64,000 nt of DNA from a virus (Duplodnaviria; Caudoviricetes). The stretch spans positions 20,398-84,397 of IMG/VR virus record IMGVR_UViG_2928424016_000001; one strand, given 5' to 3'. How positions within the stretch are numbered: the stretch's first letter is position 1; each line of letters starts with the position of its first letter. The notes beneath the pieces are model-generated. The model did no database searches, was not told where the DNA came from, and worked only from the letters and a program-made list of their open reading frames with translations. Shown here piece after piece: positions 45,603-54,696 of the stretch. A program made the position numbers and the translations under genes.

Positions 45603-45609
45603 AAAATCC

Positions 45610-45948
45610 ATGGCTGTGAAGAAAGACGACAGTGCCGTCAGTGCCCAGGAGAGTTGGCTGGAGAAGGTCGGGAACCTGACCGAAAGCGAGTTCAAAAAGC
45701 TCTATCCGTTGACCCATGCGTTGATGCTTGCCTGGGATAAGACGGTCGAGCCTGTGCTGCGGGTGATTTCGTCTGTCCCGGGCTTCCGGCGCGGCGGCAT
45801 TGTCCATACCGCCGAACCTGCCCTCCACGACCTGACGGATCTACATCCGGAAAATATCGAGCAGATCCTCGCCGAGCCGGCTTTGACCGCCGAGTTGGTC
45901 GAGAAGCCAGTCGTGTCTGACGCTGCCGATACCAAGACGGAAGCCTAA
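45610..45948 (+). CDS. HI1506-like head accessory protein
   Basis: homologue of 3205..3546. Confidence 0.6.
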   Translation: MAVKKDDSAVSAQESWLEKVGNLTESEFKKLYPLTHALMLAWDKTVEPVLRVISSVPGFRRGGIVHTAEPALHDLTDLHPENIEQILAEPALTAELVEKPVVSDAADTKTEA

Positions 45949-45957
45949 GGGGCCGCA

Positions 45958-46395
45958 ATGACCTATTGCACGAAGCAGGATCTGATTGACCGATTTGGCG
46001 AAAAGGAACTGATCCAACTGACCGATCGTGTCAATTCGCCTGCTTCGGCAATCGACGATACCGTGGTCGAGCGCGCGATTGCGGACGCAACCGCGCTTGC
46101 CGATGGCTACATCGGCAAGGCTTACAGCCTGCCGCTTGTAACCGTGCCCGAGGTGCTGACGAAGCTGACCTGCGACGTCGCTCGCTACTATCTGCACTTC
46201 AAGGGCGTCGAAAAGGACAGCCCCGTCCAGCGGGCTTACGATCAGGCGGTTTCTTTCTTCAAGGACGTTGCCAAGGGCCTCGTGCAACTGGTTGAGACCG
46301 AAACCGGCGGTGTGCCGCCCGCATCTGGCGGTGGACAGGTTAAAGTCGTTGCGGCCACCAAAGTCTTTTCCCGCCAGTCGCTGAGAGGATATTGA
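45958..46395 (+). CDS. gp36-like adaptor (DUF1320)
   Basis: homologue of 3556..3993. Confidence 0.9.
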   Translation: MTYCTKQDLIDRFGEKELIQLTDRVNSPASAIDDTVVERAIADATALADGYIGKAYSLPLVTVPEVLTKLTCDVARYYLHFKGVEKDSPVQRAYDQAVSFFKDVAKGLVQLVETETGGVPPASGGGQVKVVAATKVFSRQSLRGY

Positions 46396-46396
46396 A

Positions 46397-46972
46397 ATGG
46401 CCGGCGCCTCCATCGAGATCCGCGACGGACTGACGCCCACGCTGGAGCGCCTCGTCACCGTGGCGGACAATCCGGCTGCAATCATGGGCGATGTCGCGGC
46501 CTATCTGCTCACCTCGACCCAGCAGCGCTTCGAACAGGAGATTGGGCCGGACGGGCAGAAGTGGAAGCCGCTGAAGGCGAGAACCGCCAGTGTCCGCGCC
46601 GGGCGTGGACGCAAGATGCGCGGAACGGACCATATCTTGCGAGACACGGTACGGCTTTATAGCTCGCTGTCGACGAGTTCCGATGCCAGCAGCGCCACCA
46701 TTGGCACCAATGTCGAATATGCCGCGATCCACCAGTTCGGGGGCGTGATCCGGCAGACAGCCCGGTCCCAGAAGCTCAGCCTGAAGCGCATTCGCGGCTC
46801 GAAGAAGGTTCGCTTCGTTAAAGCCGGAACCAAGGGGGCGACCGAGCTTGAGGCGATCATCGGCGCGCGTGAGATCACCATTCCGGCCAGGCCCTATCTC
46901 GGTATCAACGATGCCGACCGGGCCGAGATCGCCACTATCATCATGACCGACTTCGGAAAGGCTGTGGAATGA
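46397..46972 (+). CDS. gpG-like virion morphogenesis protein
   Basis: homologue of 3995..4570. Confidence 0.9.
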   Translation: MAGASIEIRDGLTPTLERLVTVADNPAAIMGDVAAYLLTSTQQRFEQEIGPDGQKWKPLKARTASVRAGRGRKMRGTDHILRDTVRLYSSLSTSSDASSATIGTNVEYAAIHQFGGVIRQTARSQKLSLKRIRGSKKVRFVKAGTKGATELEAIIGAREITIPARPYLGINDADRAEIATIIMTDFGKAVE

Positions 46973-47385
46973 TCGTCTTTGAAATCATCGACCGGCTGAA
47001 GCAGGCAGGTACGCCCTTCGTCATCGTTGAGGGCGCAAACGAACTGGCGCAGGTCAAGGACCGACCGGGGAACGCCCCTGCCGCCTATGTCTTCGTCAGC
47101 GGCGAGGCTTCCGAAGACAATCAGCGGGCAACCGGCCCGATCCTGCAACGCACCGCCGTCGACATCTCCGTGGTGATCATCACCGAAAATGCCGGCGGCG
47201 CGGAAGATGCCGCCCGCGACATCGAGACCTTGAAGGCGTTCGCCCGCAACCGGCTCCTGGGCTTCACGCCTGCCGATGCCGAGCCGCTGGAGCATATCAC
47301 CGGGCGGCTGCAGCAGGCCAAGGACGGGATGGTCTGGTTCGAGGACGTGTTCGGGACTGCGTTTTACCAGGAGGAACAGCCATGA
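46969..47385 (+). CDS. tail terminator-like protein
   Basis: homologue of 4567..4983. Confidence 0.65.
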   Translation: MIVFEIIDRLKQAGTPFVIVEGANELAQVKDRPGNAPAAYVFVSGEASEDNQRATGPILQRTAVDISVVIITENAGGAEDAARDIETLKAFARNRLLGFTPADAEPLEHITGRLQQAKDGMVWFEDVFGTAFYQEEQP

Positions 47386-47549
47386 CGAACCCGCAGACCG
47401 GCGGCAGCTATCTGCGCAATCCGGACGGCAGCCTGACCCGGGTCTCCACCGAGGAGGTCACAGGGGGCGAGCACGATCTTGCTACAGCCGAACAGTCGGA
47501 CGAAGCGCCGGCAGAAGACGAAACCAGCGCCAAGAAGGGAAAGGCCTGA
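47382..47549 (+). CDS. small 55-aa protein missed by ORF track
   Basis: homologue of 4980..5150. Confidence 0.75.
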   Translation: MTNPQTGGSYLRNPDGSLTRVSTEEVTGGEHDLATAEQSDEAPAEDETSAKKGKA

Positions 47550-47552
47550 GCC

Positions 47553-48479
47553 ATGACGAAATACGCACGCAACAAGGCCCTGCTGGTGAAGCTTGAGGCG
47601 ACCTATGGCGAGGATGCCGCCCCGACCGGCGCGGCCAATGCCATGCAGGCGGGGAATTTCAATTTCGAGCCGCTGCTCGGTACCGATGTCAGCCGCGACC
47701 TGATCCTTCCTTACATGGGCCATCAGGGTGTGATCCTGACCGGCAACTATGCCCGCGTCGCCTTCGATGTCGAAGTGGCAGGCTCGGGTACGGCCGGAAC
47801 CGCTCCGGCCTGGGGCGTTCTGATGCGCGCCTGCGGCATGGCCGAGGTGATCACGGCCGCCACCGACGTCAAATACACACCAATCTCTGGCGGGTTCGAA
47901 GCTGCCTCGATCTATTTTGTCAATGACGGCATCAAGCATGTGCTGCTCGGCGCACGCGGCACCTGGAAGCTCTCGATGCAGCCGAGCCAGATTGCCCGCT
48001 ACAGCTACACGCTGACCGGCCTTCTCGGCACGATCACCGATGATGCCAACCCGGCGATCGACGTCACCAAGTTCATCAAGCCGGTTCCGGTCTCCAAGGC
48101 AAACACCACGTTCTCGCTGCTGGGCTATGCCGGGGCCTGCGAGGCGTTTTCCTTCGATCTGGCGGGCGATATCCAGCCGCGCCTGCTGATCAATGAGGAA
48201 AGTATCGAATATACCGACCGGCAGATGACCGGCGAGGCGACGATGGCAACGACGTCTCTGGAAACGGTGGACTGGTTTGCCGCGGCCCAGGCGCACGAGA
48301 CCGGCGTGATGGCTGCCCAGCATGGCAAGACTGCGGGGAATATCGTCCAGTTCGATGCGCCGCGCGTGCAGATCGGCCGCACGACTTATGGGGAGACCCA
48401 GAAGATCCTCAACAACAAGATGCCGCTAATGTTGCTGCCGACTGCCGGTAACGACGAATTCACCATCACCGTCAAGTAG
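47553..48479 (+). CDS. tail tube protein
   Basis: homologue of 5154..6080. Confidence 0.85.
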   Translation: MTKYARNKALLVKLEATYGEDAAPTGAANAMQAGNFNFEPLLGTDVSRDLILPYMGHQGVILTGNYARVAFDVEVAGSGTAGTAPAWGVLMRACGMAEVITAATDVKYTPISGGFEAASIYFVNDGIKHVLLGARGTWKLSMQPSQIARYSYTLTGLLGTITDDANPAIDVTKFIKPVPVSKANTTFSLLGYAGACEAFSFDLAGDIQPRLLINEESIEYTDRQMTGEATMATTSLETVDWFAAAQAHETGVMAAQHGKTAGNIVQFDAPRVQIGRTTYGETQKILNNKMPLMLLPTAGNDEFTITVK

Positions 48480-48511
48480 GCCCTGAAGGGCTCTCAAAAA
48501 GGCTTTGAAGC

Positions 48512-48958
48512 ATGTTCAAACTGGTACCCGTTCTCACCGCCTGGTGGCCTGTTTCCGTGTTGGAACCGGATAATGACAATCCCGGTACGCTGAAGGAGGA
48601 GACGTTCGAGGTCGAGCTGGCAATTCGCGGCAAGGACGAACTGAAGGCATATGACGACAAGCGGGCCGCCCTCGTCAGGCAGCTCCCGACAGCTGATGAA
48701 TTTGCAGCAGACTACATGGCTGCCCAGGACAAGGCCGACGCCATCGGCAAACAGATCGAGGAGCATGACCGGGACATGTTCCACCTGATGGTCACCAACT
48801 GGCGCGGCATTATCGATGCCAACGACCAGGCGCTGCCGTTCAGTTCCGAAAATCTGGATCTGGCGCTTGGCTTCGATCGCATTCGCGTGGCTCTTAATCG
48901 CGCCTACCAGGAAGCCGTTTCCAACGACAAGGCCCGATTGGGAAACTTGAAGAACTAG
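48512..48958 (+). CDS. tail assembly chaperone (G-like)
   Basis: slippery G GGA AAC at 48940-48946. Confidence 0.8.
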   Translation: MFKLVPVLTAWWPVSVLEPDNDNPGTLKEETFEVELAIRGKDELKAYDDKRAALVRQLPTADEFAADYMAAQDKADAIGKQIEEHDRDMFHLMVTNWRGIIDANDQALPFSSENLDLALGFDRIRVALNRAYQEAVSNDKARLGNLKN

Positions 48959-49320
48959 CCCAGAGCTGGGCGCGGCATCGGACCGGCAAGATCGACCGGA
49001 CGAAGCCACAAGCCATGACCGAGAGCGTGCGGGACGAGTTCGCGGCCTTCGGTCTCCAGGTGGCATCGGATGACACCGGCGGCGACGAGGATTGCGATCC
49101 GGTCGCCGCCTGCAATTGGGACAGCCTGATGGCGTTCCTGGCGTGCGACACGCAATGGCGCGTCGTCGGTGTCGGGCTTGGCGGCATGGTCTGGATCGGC
49201 CTCGATTATACCGCCTGCGACGTCGTGTTCCGCAGGGGCAAATATGCCGATCGGGTCTGGGATGATTTGCGGGTGATGGAGGAAGCGGCGCTGCCGATCC
49301 TCAACAGCGGAGATGATTGA
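48940..49320 (+). CDS. -1 frame extension of chaperone (GT-like)
   Basis: open -1 frame into ORF 49015..49320. Confidence 0.75.
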   Translation, partial: GKLEELAQSWARHRTGKIDRTKPQAMTESVRDEFAAFGLQVASDDTGGDEDCDPVAACNWDSLMAFLACDTQWRVVGVGLGGMVWIGLDYTACDVVFRRGKYADRVWDDLRVMEEAALPILNSGDD

Positions 49321-52300
49321 TGGTCGCCCCTTTGAAACTTGCTGCCACCGTCACGCTCGATGCCAGCCAGGTGCCAGCCGGCGCGCAGGCTACAAAGCAG
49401 GCGCTGGCCGGCATCGGGACTGAGGCGGCGGCCAGCGCGACCAAGGTGCAGGCGCTGATCGAGCAGCAAGCCGGCCTGTCTCGTCCGGCCGCCAACACCA
49501 ATTCGCGCGCCGCTGAAATCGCTGCCTATGGCGCCGAACTGGATCGGTTGCAGGCGAAGTTCGATCCGATGTTTGCTGCCCAGCAGAAGTATCAGAACGC
49601 TCTGCAGCAGATCGACCAGGCGCAACGGATGGGCGTGATTTCCGCGTCCCAGGCGATTGACCTGAAGCTGAAGGAGACAAATGCCTATAACGCGCTGGCA
49701 TCGGCTGCCGGCAATGCTGCGGCCGCCAACAAACGCTATGCGGAGGCGGTGGTTGCCAAAGCCACGATTACGCCGGATCGCGGTGCGGATATCGCTGCTT
49801 ATGGGCAGGAACTCGATCGGTTGCGAGCGAAGTACAATCCGCTTTATGCAGTGACAATCAATTACAAGTCGGCGGTGGCTGAGATTCGCCAAGCCCATGC
49901 GGCAGGTGCGATTTCCGCCGATGAAATGACGACAGCAATCAGCCGGCAGCGGCAGGCGACCCTTGCCTCGATCGATGCGATCAAGGGGCGTAATACGGCG
50001 ATCAAGGCCGGACAGGGCGGTGCAAATACCTCGTTTGCTGCCACAAGCACGATGTACCAGTTCCAGGACATCGCTACGACCGCTGCCATGGGCATGAGCC
50101 CTGCTATGATCGGCTTGCAGCAGGGCAGCCAGATAGCCGGAAGCTATGCCGGCATGTCGATGAAGGAGGCGGCCAAGACCACCGGTGCGGCGCTCACCTC
50201 TCTCCTCAGCCCGACATCGATGGCGGCGATCGCGCTCACCGCCGGGGCTGCTGCCGCGATCCAGTTCGGCATGAGCCTTTCGCAATCCAGCAAGGATGCC
50301 AAAAAACTTGAGGACGTGCTGGGGAGCCATGCGGCGACGGTTGAGCGGTTGCGAAAACAGTATGGCGATCTCGGTTCCGCGATCAAATCCGCCATGCCGA
50401 TCGGCGGCGCGGGCTTTACCGATGCCTCCGCCCGAAACGAGATTGCCACGCTGGAAACGGCGATCAAGAAGCAGTCCGAGAGCCTGGCTACAAGCTTCGG
50501 CGGTTCACTGAAGGGAGGCTTCTTCGGCTCGTCAACAGCCGGACTGGATAAACTGCTGGCAACCACCAACTCTCCTTTCCAGAAGCAGATCAATGATCTG
50601 CTTGCTTCAGTTCGGTCGGGAAAAGGCGATTTGGGTGCCTTTGAGGCTCAGACAGAAGCCGCCTTTAACGAACTGCGCAAGTCCAGTGATGCGCCGGCCA
50701 AGTTGAACGCGGAGATGGAGCGGCTGACGGCCGCCGCGCAGGATGCCTTTTCCGTTTCGCCGAAGTTCGAGCCGTTCCAGGCCGAAATCGCCAAGCTGAC
50801 CCTCGGCCTTAAAAACGGCAATGCCGACCTCTCTGATTTCGCGACCAATGTCAGCCGGATCGGCCAGCTGAATGGCCTTCAGAAGGTGGCCGACGAGGTG
50901 ATCCTGGCTTCGAAGGGGGCCGTAGAGCTGGCCGAGACCTTGCGCGAGGTCCGGGCAATTATCCAGCAGATGGACCGGGAAGACACCCGCTCCGGACTGT
51001 CAGCCCAGCGCGAGACGGCGCGCTATGTGAACCTTCGGGACGCGTCGGCCAGGGAGGCCGACACCAAATTTGCGGCCGAGCAGCAGATGGCTCTGGCGCG
51101 GACCAATGCGGAGAAGTTGGCAGCGATCGAGGCCCGGGTGCGCGCCTCGGCCCGCCAGGATGGCGATAGCGGCGGCGGACTACAAGCGCGGATCGACCGG
51201 GAACTGACGGCCGAGCGCAACAGACAGGCCGTCGAGGCGCGCAATGCAGCGACCGCGCGCGCCCAAAGCCTCGACCAGACCATAGCCCAACAGCGGCTTG
51301 AACTTTCCTTGGTGGGCCAGACGACGGCGGCGCGGGAAGAGCAGCTGTTTGCCGAGCAGCAGATCATGGCGATCAAGCAGGAGGCCGCACGAACCGGCAC
51401 GGCAGTCGATCAGCAGGAAATAAACCTCATCCGGCAGAAGGCTGCCGAATATGGGAGGCTGAAAGGTCAGATCGAGGCGGCAAATGCCGTCAAAGATTTG
51501 ACGACGACGAATGCCCGTTTGCAGTTTCAGGTCGGGATTGCAGGCAATAGCAAGGCCGACCAGGAAGCGCTGCTCGCGCAATATGATCTGGAAAAGAAGA
51601 TCCGCGAGATCGGCGCGTCGGGTGACAAGGCCGAGGCTCTGCGCCGGGCGACCGCAGCACAGATCGCCTATAACGCCCAGCTTTCGCGGACATCTGAAGC
51701 CTGGTCAAAGGTGCGCTCCAGCGCTGAAGGCGCGATCGATGGCATCGTCGACGGTCTGGCATCTGGAAAGCCGGGCGATGCGCTGAAGTCTATCTCGGCC
51801 GATATCCAAAAGACGTTTCTGTCGCTGGCCGTCTCCAATCCGCTGAAGAATGCGTTGACTGGATCCAATTACGGTACTCTGTCTGACGTGGGTGGCGTGA
51901 AAGGCATTTTCGGCAAGTTGTTCGGTGGAGGCCAGTCAGTCGGCCAGATGGCGGTCACGGCCGGCACGGTGATGATCAATGGCGGAGTGTCTGGTACCGG
52001 CATTGCATCTGCCGGGCTGCAGGCGGCCAACAGCAATGGTACAGCTACAGCGCAGTCGAGCACCTTGGCCGGTCTTGGCCAGTCGATGTCTTTTGGGGGC
52101 AATTATAAGGGTGCCGGCGTCGATCCTCGTTTGACCGACATTCTCAACACGGCGGCCCAGCGCACGCCTGGGTTCAAGGTCGATGCGATTTCGGGCGTTC
52201 GCGCCGGAGATCCGCGCTTCCACGGTCAGGGCCTCGCGACAGACATCCAATTGACGGATCTTGCGACCGGCAAGCAGCTCGGCAATTACCAGGACGCCAC

Positions 52301-53165
52301 CAGCTTCTCTGCCTATGAAAAGTTCGCCCAGACGGCGCGCGCCGTTCAGATGGAAAAATACCCGGAGCTGGCCAACCAGTTCCGCTGGGGCGGCTATTTT
52401 GGTGGAGGGAAGGGTACCTATGGTGCTTTGGACACCATGCATTTTGACCTCGGCGGAAACAAGGTCGGGATGGGTGGCGGCTCTTGGGACAAGGGCCTGA
52501 CCTCGGCGCAGGCATCACTGTGGCCGGGTATCGAGTCATCTGGATCGAAGGCCGTTACGGCGTTGAATCAACTGGCAACGGGCAGCGCCGGCGCAACTCA
52601 GAACCTGGGTGTCTTTGGCAATGGTCTGAGCCAGTTGGGTAATGGGCTGGCCAGCCTGCTGTCCGGCAACGCTTCCGGCCTGTCGTCCTCGATCCTGTCC
52701 AGCCTGACGTCGAGCAGTTTCACAGCGAATACGACACTCGGCTCATTCTTGACGAACGGCTTTGACGGCGGTGGTTATACGGGTGCTGGCGGGCGGTTGG
52801 AACCTGCCGGCGTCGTGCACAAGGGCGAAGTCGTCTGGAGCCAGGACGATGTCGCCCGCGCTGGTGGTGCCCATGTCGTCGATGCCATGCGGCTTGGATA
52901 TCGCGGCTATGACAAGGGCGGGGTCGTCGGTGGATCGGCGGCGAGCAGCGCGGCGTCCAATGACAATGGAAGCGGCAACATCATCGTCAACAACTATTCC
53001 AGCGCCAACGTCCAGACGGAACAGACCACGGATGAACGGGGCCGGCGCCAGACGCAATTCGTCATCTCCGATACCGTCGGGACAGCTATTGGGACCAAGG
53101 GTGGTACTGCCTCTAAGACAATCGAACGGCAATACGGCATCAAAAAGAAGGGGATTTCCCGATGA
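49317..53165 (+). CDS. tape measure protein with M15-like peptidase domain
   Basis: TMP motif shared with A; SGVR...RFHGQGLATD...FRWGGYF...DTMHFD. Confidence 0.9.
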   Translation: MMVAPLKLAATVTLDASQVPAGAQATKQALAGIGTEAAASATKVQALIEQQAGLSRPAANTNSRAAEIAAYGAELDRLQAKFDPMFAAQQKYQNALQQIDQAQRMGVISASQAIDLKLKETNAYNALASAAGNAAAANKRYAEAVVAKATITPDRGADIAAYGQELDRLRAKYNPLYAVTINYKSAVAEIRQAHAAGAISADEMTTAISRQRQATLASIDAIKGRNTAIKAGQGGANTSFAATSTMYQFQDIATTAAMGMSPAMIGLQQGSQIAGSYAGMSMKEAAKTTGAALTSLLSPTSMAAIALTAGAAAAIQFGMSLSQSSKDAKKLEDVLGSHAATVERLRKQYGDLGSAIKSAMPIGGAGFTDASARNEIATLETAIKKQSESLATSFGGSLKGGFFGSSTAGLDKLLATTNSPFQKQINDLLASVRSGKGDLGAFEAQTEAAFNELRKSSDAPAKLNAEMERLTAAAQDAFSVSPKFEPFQAEIAKLTLGLKNGNADLSDFATNVSRIGQLNGLQKVADEVILASKGAVELAETLREVRAIIQQMDREDTRSGLSAQRETARYVNLRDASAREADTKFAAEQQMALARTNAEKLAAIEARVRASARQDGDSGGGLQARIDRELTAERNRQAVEARNAATARAQSLDQTIAQQRLELSLVGQTTAAREEQLFAEQQIMAIKQEAARTGTAVDQQEINLIRQKAAEYGRLKGQIEAANAVKDLTTTNARLQFQVGIAGNSKADQEALLAQYDLEKKIREIGASGDKAEALRRATAAQIAYNAQLSRTSEAWSKVRSSAEGAIDGIVDGLASGKPGDALKSISADIQKTFLSLAVSNPLKNALTGSNYGTLSDVGGVKGIFGKLFGGGQSVGQMAVTAGTVMINGGVSGTGIASAGLQAANSNGTATAQSSTLAGLGQSMSFGGNYKGAGVDPRLTDILNTAAQRTPGFKVDAISGVRAGDPRFHGQGLATDIQLTDLATGKQLGNYQDATSFSAYEKFAQTARAVQMEKYPELANQFRWGGYFGGGKGTYGALDTMHFDLGGNKVGMGGGSWDKGLTSAQASLWPGIESSGSKAVTALNQLATGSAGATQNLGVFGNGLSQLGNGLASLLSGNASGLSSSILSSLTSSSFTANTTLGSFLTNGFDGGGYTGAGGRLEPAGVVHKGEVVWSQDDVARAGGAHVVDAMRLGYRGYDKGGVVGGSAASSAASNDNGSGNIIVNNYSSANVQTEQTTDERGRRQTQFVISDTVGTAIGTKGGTASKTIERQYGIKKKGISR

Positions 53166-53584
53166 CGATCCCCATCTGGCCGGAGAGTTTGCCGCGTCCG
53201 GAACGCAACACCTGGCAGCGCACATCCACCGATCCCCGTATCAAGCGACCGTCCGACAGCGCCGTGCCGAGCTATCGCCGCCGGTTCTCGGCTGTCGCGC
53301 GACCTGTCTCGCTGTCCATCCTGGTCAGTCGCGCCAACAAGGCCGTGTTCGACCAATTTTACGAGGAGAAGACCGGATATGGCACCACACCTTTTTATAT
53401 GCCCGATCCGACAACGGACAGTTGGCCGCTGCTGGATGACAGTGGCAATCCGATCCTGACCGATACTGGGCAGCCGATCTTGCTTGGCGAGCAATGGCTC
53501 GTGGTGTTCGGAGATCAGGTGCCCACCGAAGCAATCGTCGGCGTCGAGTTTCGGATTTCCTTCAGCGTGACGGTGATGCCATGA
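53162..53584 (+). CDS. distal tail protein (lambda M-like position)
   Basis: WP..LP.P motif, F.MPDP; follows TMP. Confidence 0.65.
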   Translation: MTIPIWPESLPRPERNTWQRTSTDPRIKRPSDSAVPSYRRRFSAVARPVSLSILVSRANKAVFDQFYEEKTGYGTTPFYMPDPTTDSWPLLDDSGNPILTDTGQPILLGEQWLVVFGDQVPTEAIVGVEFRISFSVTVMP

Positions 53585-54105
53585 GACGCGTTTCTCTCAA
53601 TGCCCGGCTGGCCAAAGATGCCGGTATGACCGACGAAATCTATGTCGCGCTGTTCTACATCACCCATCCGGATCTCGACGAGCCCGTCAGGCTGTCGACC
53701 GATGCCACTGAACGGTTGTCCGATGAGCCGTTGATGTATGGCACGCGCTCGTCCTGGATGGACAGCGACACGACCACCGAGCCGTTCTATTTCGTGCTGG
53801 CCTCGACGATCCTGCCGTCTGACCTCGATGACGCGCCGACCTCGGGCAATCTCGTCCTCGAAAACGTCGACAACGACATCGCCAAGGAACTGCGATCCTT
53901 TACGACGCTGGCTACCGTCCATATGGCTGTCGTTCTGGCATCCTCGCCGAGCTTGATTGAAATCGAGTTTCGCAACATGCAGATCGTCAGCGCTGATCTG
54001 ACGGCCGGCGACATCACCCTCAACTTTTCCCGCGAGGACATCGAGGAGGAACGGTCTCCTGGTGGCCGAATGACCCGCAGTCAATTCCCAGGCCTGTTTT
54101 CGTGA
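53581..54105 (+). CDS. DUF1833-like minor tail protein (lambda L-like position)
   Basis: ITHPDL..P.RL, L...LP.D..D.P....L..ENVD. Confidence 0.75.
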   Translation: MRRVSLNARLAKDAGMTDEIYVALFYITHPDLDEPVRLSTDATERLSDEPLMYGTRSSWMDSDTTTEPFYFVLASTILPSDLDDAPTSGNLVLENVDNDIAKELRSFTTLATVHMAVVLASSPSLIEIEFRNMQIVSADLTAGDITLNFSREDIEEERSPGGRMTRSQFPGLFS

Positions 54106-54182
54106 TCCTGGCCATACCACTGGCGAGGCCCGTCGAATTCGTGTAGGGGTTTTCCATTCCCCCAAAACCGTCCTGATGGCAC

Positions 54183-54205
54183 CCGGTCACCCTACCGGCT
54201 GTTTT
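54183..54205 (+). promoter_or_regulatory. B-type late promoter box (tail-tip operon)
   Basis: CCGGTCACCCTACCGGCTGTTTT. Confidence 0.75.
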
Positions 54206-54242
54206 GCGATGTCCCTCTCGCGCGATGATGCGACCAGTTCAA

Positions 54243-54265
54243 GCCGGGCATTTCCCGGCCTTTTT
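54243..54265 (+). terminator. promoter-proximal terminator-like hairpin
   Basis: GCCGGG/CCCGGC stem then CTTTTT. Confidence 0.45.
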
Positions 54266-54276
54266 CATGGTTGGCA

Positions 54277-54696
54277 ATGGCGCACTGGTCCCAAAATTAT
54301 ATCGGCATTCCGCACGCCCCGCATGGCGATGATCGCGAGAGCGGCGTCAATTGCTGGACGCTGGTCTGCCTGATCTATCGCGAACAGCTCGGCATCAACC
54401 TTCCCACCTACACGGGTGACTTCGTCTCGATCGACGAGGCCGTCGAGATCGAGACGCTGTTTGCCGATGAAGCGGCAATCCGTTGGAGCGAAGTCGATGC
54501 GCCGGCCGAGTACGACCTCGCCATCTTCCGGCGCGGCCGGTTCGAGACCCATGTCGGCATCGTGCTGCGGCCGGGCGTGATGTTGCATGTGGTCGGCGAG
54601 GACCAGGCCAAGATCGAGCGCGTTGACACCGGTGTCTGGAAACCGCGTTTGACCCGGTTTTTAAGGCATTTCGAACGGCTCCAGGTGACGGCATGA
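54277..54696 (+). CDS. NlpC/P60 tail tip protein (lambda K-like)
   Basis: YIGIP...G.NCW.LV..IY...HVGI...LH. Confidence 0.85.
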   Translation: MAHWSQNYIGIPHAPHGDDRESGVNCWTLVCLIYREQLGINLPTYTGDFVSIDEAVEIETLFADEAAIRWSEVDAPAEYDLAIFRRGRFETHVGIVLRPGVMLHVVGEDQAKIERVDTGVWKPRLTRFLRHFERLQVTA

